Assembly: GCA_039591655.1 (NCBI GenBank)
Contig: JBDHDE010000035.1
Coordinates: 17,247-81,246, forward strand
DNA length: 64,000 bases
Reading direction: 5' to 3'
Source: Gemmatimonadota bacterium
Lineage (GTDB): Bacteria; Gemmatimonadota; Gemmatimonadetes; Gemmatimonadales; GWC2-71-9
The notes under the pieces were generated by a model. That model did no database searches and had not been told where the DNA came from. It saw only the letters and a list, made by a program, of their open reading frames with translations. Each line of letters begins with the position of its first letter. Position 1 is the stretch's first letter. This document shows, piece by piece, positions 8,739-18,189 of this stretch. Position numbers and translations under genes: made by a program.

Positions 8739-10262
8739 ATGACCCTGGTGCTGGATGGCAAGAACCTCAGGATCGAAGATGTGGTGCGGGTCGCCCGGGA
8801 CGGTGAGCCCGTCGAGCTTGCCGCCGATGCCGTGGAGCGCATCCGTGACTGCCGCGAGATGCTGGAGCGCAAGCTCGCGGCACACGAGGTCATGTACGGC
8901 ATCAACACCGGGATCGGCGAGTTCTCCGAGACCATCCTGAGCGACGAAGAGACCAGGCAGTTTCAGAAGTATCTCATCTACAATCACGCGGCGGGCATCG
9001 GCGATCCGGCCCCGGAGGAGCATGTCCGGGCCGCGATGGTGTCCCGCGTCAACGTCCACGCCAACGGTCGTTCAGGGCTGCGAGTGGAGATCCCGCGCCT
9101 CCTGTGCGAGATGTTGAACCGGGGTGTGATCCCCTACGTCTGCCAGAAGGGATCCGTTGGCGCCTGCGGTGATCTGGCGCCGATGTCGCAGATCGCGCTG
9201 GCGGTGATGGGCGAGGGGCAGGCGTGGTACGAGGGCGAGCTCCTCCCGGGCGGGGAGGCGTTGAGGCGCGCGGGACTCGAGCCCCTGGTGCTGCATGCCC
9301 GAGACGGCCTCGCCACCATCAACGGCTCGAACTTCATGAACGGCATGAACGCCATCCATCTCTACGATATCAACCGCTGGCTCAAGCAAGCCGAGATCGC
9401 CGCGGCGATGACCTTGGAGGCACTGCATGCCAACATGAGGCCGTTCGATACCCGGCTGCACGAGGCACGTGGGTTCACCGGCGCGGTGCGCAGCGCCAGG
9501 GCGATCATGCAGTGCCTCGAGGGCAGTGACGTGCTAAAGGGCGGCAAGAAGCGGGTCCAGGACGCCTACTCGATGCGCTCCACCCCGCAGGTGATCGGCG
9601 CCGCCCACGACGCCCGGGCCTACGCCCGCAGCCAGGTGGAGATCGAGCTCAACGGCGTGGGGGACAACCCGATCTTCTTCGCCGAACAGGACCTGGTCCT
9701 CACCGGCGCCAACTTCCAGGGCACGCCGGTTTCGCTGCCCATGGAGATGGTGGGAACCTCCGTCACCATGGTATCGGTGCTCTCCGAGCGCCGGCTCAAC
9801 CGCCTGCTCAACCCGGCGCTCTCCGTCGGCCTCCCAGCCTTCCTCGCGGAGAAGCCGGGGCTGTTCAGCGGGTTCATGCTGAGCCAGTACACCGCCGGCA
9901 CGCTCATCGTAGAGCAGCGCATGCTCTCGGCGCCGGCGGCGTGCGCATCCATCCCCGCCGCGGCCGATCAGGAGGACTTCGTGAGCATGGGGATGAACAC
10001 GGCCCTCAAGAACGGGCAGATCCTGCAGAACGCCTACGGGGTGCTGGGGATCGAGTTCATGGCCGCGGCCCAGGCATTGGACATCCGGGGACACGAGGCA
10101 GGGAAGGGCACGGCGGCGGCCCGCGAGGTCATCCGGAAGCACGTCGAATACCTCGGTGAGGACCGACCGCTCTATCCCGATCACACGAAGATGGCCGAGC
10201 TGGTGGCGTCGTGTGAGATCCTCGAGGCGGTGGAAGCGGAGGTGGGGTCGCTGGAGGACTGA
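8739..10262 (+). CDS. Aromatic amino acid ammonia-lyase (HAL/PAL family, HutH-like) with Ala-Cys-Gly MIO triad
   Basis: Motifs YGINTG, NHAAGIG, GSVGACGDLAP, QDAYSMR, DNP and QEDFVSMG. Confidence 0.88.
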   Translation: MTLVLDGKNLRIEDVVRVARDGEPVELAADAVERIRDCREMLERKLAAHEVMYGINTGIGEFSETILSDEETRQFQKYLIYNHAAGIGDPAPEEHVRAAMVSRVNVHANGRSGLRVEIPRLLCEMLNRGVIPYVCQKGSVGACGDLAPMSQIALAVMGEGQAWYEGELLPGGEALRRAGLEPLVLHARDGLATINGSNFMNGMNAIHLYDINRWLKQAEIAAAMTLEALHANMRPFDTRLHEARGFTGAVRSARAIMQCLEGSDVLKGGKKRVQDAYSMRSTPQVIGAAHDARAYARSQVEIELNGVGDNPIFFAEQDLVLTGANFQGTPVSLPMEMVGTSVTMVSVLSERRLNRLLNPALSVGLPAFLAEKPGLFSGFMLSQYTAGTLIVEQRMLSAPAACASIPAAADQEDFVSMGMNTALKNGQILQNAYGVLGIEFMAAAQALDIRGHEAGKGTAAAREVIRKHVEYLGEDRPLYPDHTKMAELVASCEILEAVEAEVGSLED

Positions 10263-10453
10263 GCGGCGGGGCCGCCAGGCTTCCCGGTTCGCCTTGGGCG
10301 CCGAAGCGCCGCAGCTACGGCGCCCGATCCTGACAACGGCGACAGAACCGATCATATTTGATGCAGACTTGGCCGGGCGCCCAGGGGTGATCCGGCTGTA
10401 CCTCCCAGCGGTATCCTCCCGGGCCGCGTGCACAATGCGTTGGGATTGGGTCG

Positions 10454-11362
10454 GTGATGCAGCAGGGCACGGTTTTCAACATCCAACGTTTCTCCCTCCA
10501 CGACGGTCCCGGGATCCGGACCACCGTGTTCCTCAAGGGATGTCCCTTGAGCTGCGAGTGGTGTCACAACCCGGAGGGGATCTCGCCGGCACCGGAGGTG
10601 GTGATCGTCGGGAACCGGTGCATTCGATGCGGCCAATGCGTCGAGGTCTGTCCCCAGAGCCTTCCTAGCGGTGACGCGACGGGCTTCGCGGGCGATCGGG
10701 CACACTGTGTCGCTTGCGGCACCTGCATCGACGCATGTCCAACCGAGGCGCGTCAGGTCGCCGGGCGCGATATGACCGTGGCCGAAGTGGTAGCGGAGGT
10801 TCTCAAGGACCGGGTCTTCTACGAAGAGTCGGAGGGTGGCGTGACGTTCTCCGGGGGCGAGCCGCTGGCGCAGCCCGGGTTCCTGTTGGCCCTGCTCGAA
10901 GCATGCCGCACGGAGGGGCTCAACACCGCTGTGGACACCTGCGGCTTCGTGCCGCAGGATGCTCTGTTGGCAGTCGCGCCGCTCACCGATCTATTCCTGT
11001 ACGACGTCAAGGCGATGGACGACGACATCCACCGCAAGTACACCGGCGTCTCGAACGTGCTCATCCTGGAGAACCTGCGGGTCCTGGGGAGGGAGCACGA
11101 CGCCATTTGGCTGCGGGTGCCGGTGATTCCGGGCGTGAACGATGCTACCGATAACCTCGCGGCCACGGGACGGCTGGCGGCCTCCATCCCGGCGATAAGG
11201 CGTATCTCCTTGTTGCCTTACCATCCGTTGGGTGGCGACAAGCGAGAGCGTGTGGGAAGGCCGAGCGGCCTGGGCGGCGTGTACTCCCCGTCGGAAGAGC
11301 GCATGCAGGAGCTGGCGGCTGTAGTCGAAGGGGCCGGGGTGTTGACGACAATAGGATCCTGA
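10454..11362 (+). CDS. Glycyl-radical enzyme activating protein (radical SAM with ferredoxin-like insert)
   Basis: HDGPGIRTTVFLKGCPLSCEWCHNPE (CxxxCxxC), two CxxCxxCxxxCP motifs, and GGVTFSGGEP. Its stop is 1 bp before the GRE start. Confidence 0.95.
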   Translation: MMQQGTVFNIQRFSLHDGPGIRTTVFLKGCPLSCEWCHNPEGISPAPEVVIVGNRCIRCGQCVEVCPQSLPSGDATGFAGDRAHCVACGTCIDACPTEARQVAGRDMTVAEVVAEVLKDRVFYEESEGGVTFSGGEPLAQPGFLLALLEACRTEGLNTAVDTCGFVPQDALLAVAPLTDLFLYDVKAMDDDIHRKYTGVSNVLILENLRVLGREHDAIWLRVPVIPGVNDATDNLAATGRLAASIPAIRRISLLPYHPLGGDKRERVGRPSGLGGVYSPSEERMQELAAVVEGAGVLTTIGS

Positions 11363-11363
11363 T

Positions 11364-13727
11364 ATGAACGAGCGAACGGCGCGACTGCGATGTGAGAGCC
11401 TTGAAGCGCTCCCCACCATATCCAGCGAGCGGGCGGAGCTGATCACCGACTTCTACCGGGAACACATGGGCAAGCACTCGGTGCCGGTGATGCGGGCGCT
11501 GGCCTTCAGGCTCCTATGCGAGCACAAGACCATCTACCTGGGAGACGACGAGCTCATCGTTGGGGAGCGCGGCCCCCGGCCCAAGTGTACACCTACGTAC
11601 CCGGAGCTCACCTGCCACAGCCTCGATGACCTGCGCATCCTCGACAGCCGTCCCAAGACGAGCTACGTGGTCCCGGAGGAGTGCATCGAGGTCTACGAGA
11701 AGAACGTCATTCCCCACTGGCGCGGACGGTCCATGCGCGACCGGATCTTCGCCGCCCTGGATCCGGAGTGGCATCGCGCCTATGAGGCCGGGGTATTCAC
11801 GGAGTTCATGGAGCAGCGGGCGCCGGGCCACACCGTGCTGGACGACAAGATCTACCGCAAGGGGATGCTCGACTTCAGGCGGGAGATCGCCGATGCGCTG
11901 GCGAACATCGATTACGAGGCGGACCCGGAGGCGTTGGACAAGCGCGAGGCGCTGCGGGCGATGGACATCGCTTGTGATGCTGTGATCCTCTTCGCCGAGC
12001 GGCATGCGGCGCTCGCCGAGGAGAAGGCGAAGACGGAGGCCGACCCGAGGCGCGAGGGCGAGCTCTCGAGGATCGCCGAGGTCTGCCGCCAGGTGCCGGC
12101 CCATGCGCCGCGGGACTTTCAAGAAGCCCTGCAGTACTACTGGTTCTGCCATCTGGGGGTGATCACCGAGCTCAACGGATGGGACGCGTTCAGCCCCGGG
12201 CACCTGGACCAGCACCTGCTGCCCTTCTACGAACGGGGGATGGCGGAGGGCACGCTCACTGCGGAGCACGCCCGTGAGCTGCTCGAGTGCTTCTGCATCA
12301 AGTTCAACAACCACCCGGCGCCGCCCAAGGTGGGCGTCACGGCCGCCGAGAGCGGTACCTACACGGACTTCGCCAACATCAACCTCGGTGGCCTCCTGAG
12401 CGACGGCGCCGACGGCTCGAATCCGGTCTCGCACTTGATGTTGGACATCTTGGACGAGATGCGCCTGCTCCAGCCGAGCTCGAACATCCAGCTGTCGCGT
12501 AAGAGCCCGGACACCTTTCTGAAGCATGCCCTCAGAGTAATCCGCAAGGGCTACGGCTTCCCATCGGTGTTCAATGCCGACGCGGTGGTCGAGGAGCAGG
12601 TTCGCCAGGGCAAGACCATGGAGGACGCCCGGGCCGGAGGGTGCAGCGGGTGCGTGGAGGTGGGGGCGTTCGGCAAGGAGGCCTACATCCTCACGGGGTA
12701 CTTCAATCTCCCCAAGGTGCTGGAGCTCACCCTGCACGACGGTATCGACGCCCGGACCGGCAAGCAGCTGGGTATACAGACCGGCGACCCGAGCGCCTTC
12801 GAGGATTTCGATCAACTGTTCGACGCTTTCGCGCGCCAGCTCCAGCACTTCATCGACGTCAAGATCCGCGGCAATCAGGTGATCGAGCGGATGTATGCCG
12901 CCGAGATGCCGGCGCCATTCCTCTCGGTGCTAATCGACGACTGCATCGCGAACGGCAGGGACTACAACGCCGGGGGCGCCCGCTACAACAACTGCTTCAT
13001 CCAGGCGGTGGGCATCGGGTCCATCACCGACAGCCTTGTGGCCGTCCGCAAACTGGTGTACGAGGACCGTAGCCTCTCGCTCGGGGAGCTGGTCGCCGCG
13101 CTGGACCGTGACTTCGACGGTGCCGAGCCGCTGCGGCAGCGCCTCGTCAACAAGATGCCCAAGTACGGTAACGACGACGACGAGGTCGACGACGTGATGG
13201 TCCGGGTGTTCGAGACACTGTTCCAGATGATCGACGGCCGACCCACCACCAAGCGGGGAGGGCACTACCGTCTCGAGATGCTTCCGACCACCTCCCACGT
13301 CTACTTCGGCTCGGTGACCGCGGCGACTCCCGACGGACGCAAGGCAGGTCTTCCCCTGTCGGAGGGGATCTCGCCGGTGCAGGGGGCCGATCGCCGGGGG
13401 CCCACGGCTGTCGTCAGGTCGGCGGCCAAGATGGATCAGGTGAGGACCGGCGGCACCCTGCTCAACATGAAGTTCACCCCTGCCCTACTGGCTGACGAGA
13501 ATGGCGTGGACAGTGTGGCGCGGCTCATTCGGGGGTACTTCCGAATGGACGGCCACCACATGCAGTTCAACGTCGTGGATGCCGACACGCTGAAGGCCGC
13601 GCAGGCGGATCCGGCGTCGTATCGGGATCTGATCGTGCGAGTGGCCGGCTACAGCGACTACTTCTGCGATCTCTCCGAAGCGCTCCAGAACGAGATCATC
13701 GCCAGGACGGAGCACGCGGGGTTCTAA
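11364..13727 (+). CDS. hypD: Glycyl radical enzyme, trans-4-hydroxy-L-proline dehydratase (HypD) type
   Basis: RVAGY glycyl motif and SGCVE Cys loop. HypD-like segments FTEFMEQRAPGHTV, WDAFSPG, ESGTYTDFANIN, LTGYFN and MLPTTSH. Confidence 0.85.
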   Translation: MNERTARLRCESLEALPTISSERAELITDFYREHMGKHSVPVMRALAFRLLCEHKTIYLGDDELIVGERGPRPKCTPTYPELTCHSLDDLRILDSRPKTSYVVPEECIEVYEKNVIPHWRGRSMRDRIFAALDPEWHRAYEAGVFTEFMEQRAPGHTVLDDKIYRKGMLDFRREIADALANIDYEADPEALDKREALRAMDIACDAVILFAERHAALAEEKAKTEADPRREGELSRIAEVCRQVPAHAPRDFQEALQYYWFCHLGVITELNGWDAFSPGHLDQHLLPFYERGMAEGTLTAEHARELLECFCIKFNNHPAPPKVGVTAAESGTYTDFANINLGGLLSDGADGSNPVSHLMLDILDEMRLLQPSSNIQLSRKSPDTFLKHALRVIRKGYGFPSVFNADAVVEEQVRQGKTMEDARAGGCSGCVEVGAFGKEAYILTGYFNLPKVLELTLHDGIDARTGKQLGIQTGDPSAFEDFDQLFDAFARQLQHFIDVKIRGNQVIERMYAAEMPAPFLSVLIDDCIANGRDYNAGGARYNNCFIQAVGIGSITDSLVAVRKLVYEDRSLSLGELVAALDRDFDGAEPLRQRLVNKMPKYGNDDDEVDDVMVRVFETLFQMIDGRPTTKRGGHYRLEMLPTTSHVYFGSVTAATPDGRKAGLPLSEGISPVQGADRRGPTAVVRSAAKMDQVRTGGTLLNMKFTPALLADENGVDSVARLIRGYFRMDGHHMQFNVVDADTLKAAQADPASYRDLIVRVAGYSDYFCDLSEALQNEIIARTEHAGF

Positions 13728-13744
13728 CCAGGAGGCTTGCGGGT

Positions 13745-14923
13745 ATGAAGCGCGGACGATGGATGCGGTTAGGCGTCCTGGCCATTGGCCTGTCGGGCGT
13801 GGCGGCAGCGCTCCCGGCGCAGGAGGTGGTGCAACGGGATCAGGCGCCGCTCCGGGAGGCGCTGGAATCGAGACTTGCAGAGCTCCTCGTGCAGTGTGGA
13901 GCGCCGGGGGTGACAGGCGGTGTCGTTCTGGCCGACGGTACCTCGTTTGGTCTGGCGGCTGGGCTCGCGGACACCGCGCTTGGCTCGGCCATGACGTCGT
14001 CCAGCCGACTGTTGCAGGGGAGCGTCGGCAAGACCTATGTCGCCGCCGTGGCGCTGCAGCTCGTGCACGATGGCCTGCTGGATCTCGATGCGAAGGTGTC
14101 ATCGTACCTGGGGCAGGAGCCCTGGTATTCCCGCCTACCCAACCATGCCGACGTCACTGTGCGGCAGCTCATGAACCACACCAGCGGAATTATCCGCTAC
14201 GAGTTCAATGAACAGTTCCTCGTCGACCTCCTGGCCGACCCCGACCGCGTGTGGCGCCCCGAGGAGCAGGTTGCCTACCTGTTCGATACGGAGGCGCCGT
14301 TCCCGGCGGGCGAGGGGTGGGAGTACTCCGATACCAACTACATCATCCTCGGGATGATCATCGAGCGACTGACCGGCCGCGGCTACTACGACGCGATGCG
14401 GCACCGCATCCTGGAGCCGTTGGCCCTCGACAATACGGTGCCGTCGGACTCCCGCCGCATACCGGGTCTGGTACAGGGATACGCCGGCGTGGGGAACCCC
14501 CTGGGGGTGCCGGATGCCGTGCTGGTGGACGGCGAGTTCGTGATCAATCCCCAGTTCGAGTGGACCGGCGGTGGCATCGCGTCGACGGCAGAAGATCTCG
14601 CGCGTTGGGCCAAGGCGCTGTACGAGGGCGAAGCGTTCGATTCGTCGATGCTGGCAGTCATGCTGGACGCGGTTCCCGCCAGGTTGGGCCCGGGGGCGGA
14701 GTACGGCCTGGGCGTCATCGTGCGACCGACTCCCCTCGGTACGAGTTGGGGGCACAGCGGGTTCTTCCCGGGGTACCTCACCGAGATGATGTACTTCCCG
14801 GACCATCGCGTCGCGGTGGCCGTGCAGATCAACTCCAGTGATTTCCCTCGATTGCAGATGTCGCCGGGGCGGATCCTGCTGGAGTTGGCGCGAATGGTCG
14901 TGGAGCCGGGTGGGGGATCCTAG
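13745..14923 (+). CDS. Serine hydrolase, beta-lactamase/D-aminopeptidase family
   Basis: Signal peptide; SVGK (SxxK), LMNHTSG, YSDTNY and WGHSG motifs. Confidence 0.88.
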   Translation: MKRGRWMRLGVLAIGLSGVAAALPAQEVVQRDQAPLREALESRLAELLVQCGAPGVTGGVVLADGTSFGLAAGLADTALGSAMTSSSRLLQGSVGKTYVAAVALQLVHDGLLDLDAKVSSYLGQEPWYSRLPNHADVTVRQLMNHTSGIIRYEFNEQFLVDLLADPDRVWRPEEQVAYLFDTEAPFPAGEGWEYSDTNYIILGMIIERLTGRGYYDAMRHRILEPLALDNTVPSDSRRIPGLVQGYAGVGNPLGVPDAVLVDGEFVINPQFEWTGGGIASTAEDLARWAKALYEGEAFDSSMLAVMLDAVPARLGPGAEYGLGVIVRPTPLGTSWGHSGFFPGYLTEMMYFPDHRVAVAVQINSSDFPRLQMSPGRILLELARMVVEPGGGS

Positions 14924-14957
14924 GGTGCACCGCTCCAGTCGGTGCCGGAGGCCCGGC

Positions 14958-16598
14958 ATGACTGTCGGCTCCCGTGCGCTGGCGACATTTGCCCTGGCGT
15001 TCTCGGTGGCCTGCGGGCGCTCTCCTGACGCCGGGGCGCCACGGCTCGTCGTGCTCATTGGCATCGACCAACTCCGCGCGGACTACCTGGAGCGGTACGA
15101 CGAGGTGTTCCAGGGGGGATTCCGCCGCCTCAGGGATCAGGGGTGGCGCGTCGACCGCGCCTGGGTGGATCACGCGCCGACTCTGTCGTGGCCCGGTCAC
15201 ACCACCCTGGCAACCGGGGCGCATCCCAAGACGCACGGGATCAACGCGAACGACTGGATCGAGCTGATGGAGAACGGTGGAGTGCGTCGGGTCCTCCCAC
15301 TGCTCGATCCGGATCAGGCGGTGTTGGGCTACCCTGAGCAAGCGGCGTTTTCGCCTCGGAACATCCGGGTCACGGGCCTCGCCGACTGGTTCCGGGCGGC
15401 GCATCCCGAAGCCCGGGCCGTGGCCCTGAGCACCGGTCCGGCGTTGGCAGTGGCATACGGTGGCCTGGCGCGGGGGCCGAGAGCCGAGAGCCACGTCTAC
15501 TGGCTGTCGGCGGGACTTGGGAGGTTCATCACGTCGACCTACTACCGCGACGAATACCCGTCGTGGGTGCAGCGCTTCAATGACGAACAGTTGCCGCGGT
15601 TCAAGGAGCAACGGATCTGGAGCAACGCGGTTCCCGAGGCGCAACGCCACCTGGCGCGAGTCGATGCCAAGCCGTACGAAGGCGACGGTGTGCACACGAC
15701 GTTCCCCCATCGGTTCGATGACGAGGTGGGAGACTCCGCGCGGTTCAACCGCTGGTTCTACAACTACAGCCCGGGCCAGAACGAGGCGCTCTTCGCCCTG
15801 GCCCGAGAGGCGGTCCGCGCGCTCGCCCTGGGGCAGGACGACATCGCCGATCTGCTGGCGATCGCCGTCAAGTCGGTCGACCGCGTGGGTCACGATTACG
15901 GCCCGCACAGCATGGAGCAGCTCGACAACCTCGTCCGCATCGACCGGGAGCTCGGGGCCTTCCTCGAGTTTCTCGACGGCAGCGTCGGGCGCGGACGCTA
16001 CGTAGTGGCCGTGTCAGCGGATCACGGCGCGCCCAACATCGTGGAGTACGAGCTAGAGGAGGGCCGTGTGGCCCGGCGGATTGGTGATGAGGAGGTCGAG
16101 CGGCTCCTCGCCCGCTTGGCTGGAGTGGCGGACGGGTACGCCGGTCCCGAAGCGGAGCTCCCGGCCCTTGTGGCCCGGGAGCTCGAGCAGGAGGACTTCG
16201 TCGCCCGGGCGATGACTGCTGAAGAGCTCGCCGGTAGCGAGCCGGCGGACGAGATCCTGCAGGCCTACCGGAACTCATACGTTCCGGGTCACACAACCAC
16301 GTATCCACTGTGGACGCGCGAGATGATCAGCACCGGCCGAGTGGATCACCGCCACCCGGCGATGTTCGGGGTGATCGTGGAGTACGTGGAGAACTACGGG
16401 TTGTGGTCCGCCCGTTCCACCCACGGCTCGGCCTACCGGTATGACCGCGAAGTGCCGCTGTTGCTGCTAGGTGCGGGCATCGAGGCGGGGGTTTCGAGTC
16501 TGCCGGCCCGCACCGTGGATGTCGCGCCCACCCTGGCATATCTCGCCGGGGTGTCGTTCCCGGAATCGGTGGACGGCCAGGTTCTCCGCTTCCGCTGA
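14958..16598 (+). CDS. Alkaline phosphatase superfamily protein (PafA/NPP-like), lipoprotein
   Basis: Motifs IDQLRADY, TLSWPGH, DRVGHDYGP, SADHG and THGS; lipobox SVAC. Confidence 0.85.
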   Translation: MTVGSRALATFALAFSVACGRSPDAGAPRLVVLIGIDQLRADYLERYDEVFQGGFRRLRDQGWRVDRAWVDHAPTLSWPGHTTLATGAHPKTHGINANDWIELMENGGVRRVLPLLDPDQAVLGYPEQAAFSPRNIRVTGLADWFRAAHPEARAVALSTGPALAVAYGGLARGPRAESHVYWLSAGLGRFITSTYYRDEYPSWVQRFNDEQLPRFKEQRIWSNAVPEAQRHLARVDAKPYEGDGVHTTFPHRFDDEVGDSARFNRWFYNYSPGQNEALFALAREAVRALALGQDDIADLLAIAVKSVDRVGHDYGPHSMEQLDNLVRIDRELGAFLEFLDGSVGRGRYVVAVSADHGAPNIVEYELEEGRVARRIGDEEVERLLARLAGVADGYAGPEAELPALVARELEQEDFVARAMTAEELAGSEPADEILQAYRNSYVPGHTTTYPLWTREMISTGRVDHRHPAMFGVIVEYVENYGLWSARSTHGSAYRYDREVPLLLLGAGIEAGVSSLPARTVDVAPTLAYLAGVSFPESVDGQVLRFR

Positions 16599-16602
16599 CG
16601 CG

Positions 16603-18006
16603 TTATGGCTCGCAGCCGTCCCAGCAGTAAGTACACACCCTGGTCTTCGGCAGGCCTATGGCCGCCACGAGGTCCTCCAGGCGTTGGTACTGTAGAGACG
16701 TGAGTCCCAGGCGAGCCCGAATCTGCTCCACCATCTCCGCATAGCGGTCTGATTCCGGGTCGGCGTACTCCTCCAGGTGATCGGTAGACTCGCCCTGCAG
16801 TTCCGCGATCGCCGTGCGTCCCGCAAGGTCGAGCTCCGACCGTGAGCGCGAGAAGTTCAGGAACTTGCAGCTGAACACCAGGGGCGGGCACGCGGGCCGC
16901 ATGTGCACCTCCTCGGCGCCGTGCTCGAAGATCCGCCGGATGATGTCCTGGAGCTGCGTGCCCCGCACGATGGAGTCCTCGCAGAAGAGCAGTCGCTTTC
17001 CCTCGATGAGCTCCCTAATGGGAATGAGCTTCATCCGGGCCACCAGGTCGCGGACGCGCTGGTCCTGAGGCATGAAGCTGCGGGGCCAGGTGGGAGTGTA
17101 CTTCACGAAGGGGCGCTGATAGGGGATGCCCTTGGCGTTGGCGTACCCGATGGCGTGGCCCGTGCCGGAGTCCGGAATCCCGGCGACGATGTCGACCTCC
17201 CGGCCATCCCGCTGGGCCAGGCGCTCGCCGCAGCGGTACCGCGTTGCCTCGACGTTGATGCCCTGGTAGCTCGACGCGGGGTAGCCGTAGTACACCCAAA
17301 GGAAGCCGCAGATCTGCATCGCGTCGCCGGGCGGACGCAGTTGCTCCACGCCCTCCGCCGTGATCCGAACGATCTCGCCGGGCCCGAGGTCGCGGGAGAC
17401 CGTGTAGCCGAGGTTTGGCAGCGCGCAGGATTCGAAGGTCACGGCATAGGCGCCCTCCTTCTCGCCGATGAGGACGGGCGTCCGGCCGAGGCGATCCCGC
17501 GCCGCATAGATGCCGTCGTCCGTGAGCAGCAGGAGCGAGCACGAGCCCTCGATGGCTTCTTGTGCGTAGGCGATGCCCTCCGCGAAGGTGGAGCCCCGGT
17601 CGATCAGGTGCGCCACCAGCTGGGTGGGGTTGACGTCGGCGCCGGTCATCTCCGAGAAGTGCGTGCCGCGCTCGGTGAGTGCCTCCTCCACCAGGTGGTC
17701 GAGGTTGGCGAGCTTGCCCACGGTGACAATGGCGTAGATGCCGTGGCGCGACCCGATTATCAGCGGCTGGTCCTCATAGTCCGAGATCACGCCGATCCCG
17801 GTGTGGCCCTTCAGCTTTGGGAGGTCGTCCTCGAACTTGCTACGGAACTGGGAGTTGGTGATGTCGTGGATGAAGCGGGTGAGTCCCTGCTGACCCTTCA
17901 CCGCCAACCCGCCCCGCATCGTGCCCAGGTGTGAGTGATAGTCGGTGCCGTAGAACAGGTCGCGCACGCAGTCGTCGTGCGAGGCAACGCCGAAGAGTCC
18001 GCCCAC
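16603..18006 (-). CDS. purF: Amidophosphoribosyltransferase-like protein lacking the N-terminal Cys
   Basis: Motifs AARDRLGRTP, GIPDSG and EDSIVRGTQ (PRPP site); Fe-S Cys in ICGF, SCKF and CTYC. The N-terminus reads MGGLFG. Confidence 0.9.
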   Translation of the reverse strand: MGGLFGVASHDDCVRDLFYGTDYHSHLGTMRGGLAVKGQQGLTRFIHDITNSQFRSKFEDDLPKLKGHTGIGVISDYEDQPLIIGSRHGIYAIVTVGKLANLDHLVEEALTERGTHFSEMTGADVNPTQLVAHLIDRGSTFAEGIAYAQEAIEGSCSLLLLTDDGIYAARDRLGRTPVLIGEKEGAYAVTFESCALPNLGYTVSRDLGPGEIVRITAEGVEQLRPPGDAMQICGFLWVYYGYPASSYQGINVEATRYRCGERLAQRDGREVDIVAGIPDSGTGHAIGYANAKGIPYQRPFVKYTPTWPRSFMPQDQRVRDLVARMKLIPIRELIEGKRLLFCEDSIVRGTQLQDIIRRIFEHGAEEVHMRPACPPLVFSCKFLNFSRSRSELDLAGRTAIAELQGESTDHLEEYADPESDRYAEMVEQIRARLGLTSLQYQRLEDLVAAIGLPKTRVCTYCWDGCEP

Positions 18007-18189
18007 CGTCCCCCTCCAAGATGAGTGTTGCCGAGGCGTGATCCCACAAGCTAGTCGGGTAGCGATAGGGCGTCTACGGAGCCCTTGGCTGTCCGGCGTC
18101 TGCTGGATTCTGCGCAGGCAGAAGTGGAACTTGTGACACGGTGGGAAGACCCGTTGCCTGACCAGTATGAGGAGCTGCGAGGAGTTCGC

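Noticed and set aside
18007..18180. Purine, ZTP or PRPP riboswitch upstream of purF
   Set aside because: No consensus elements are recognisable by eye.
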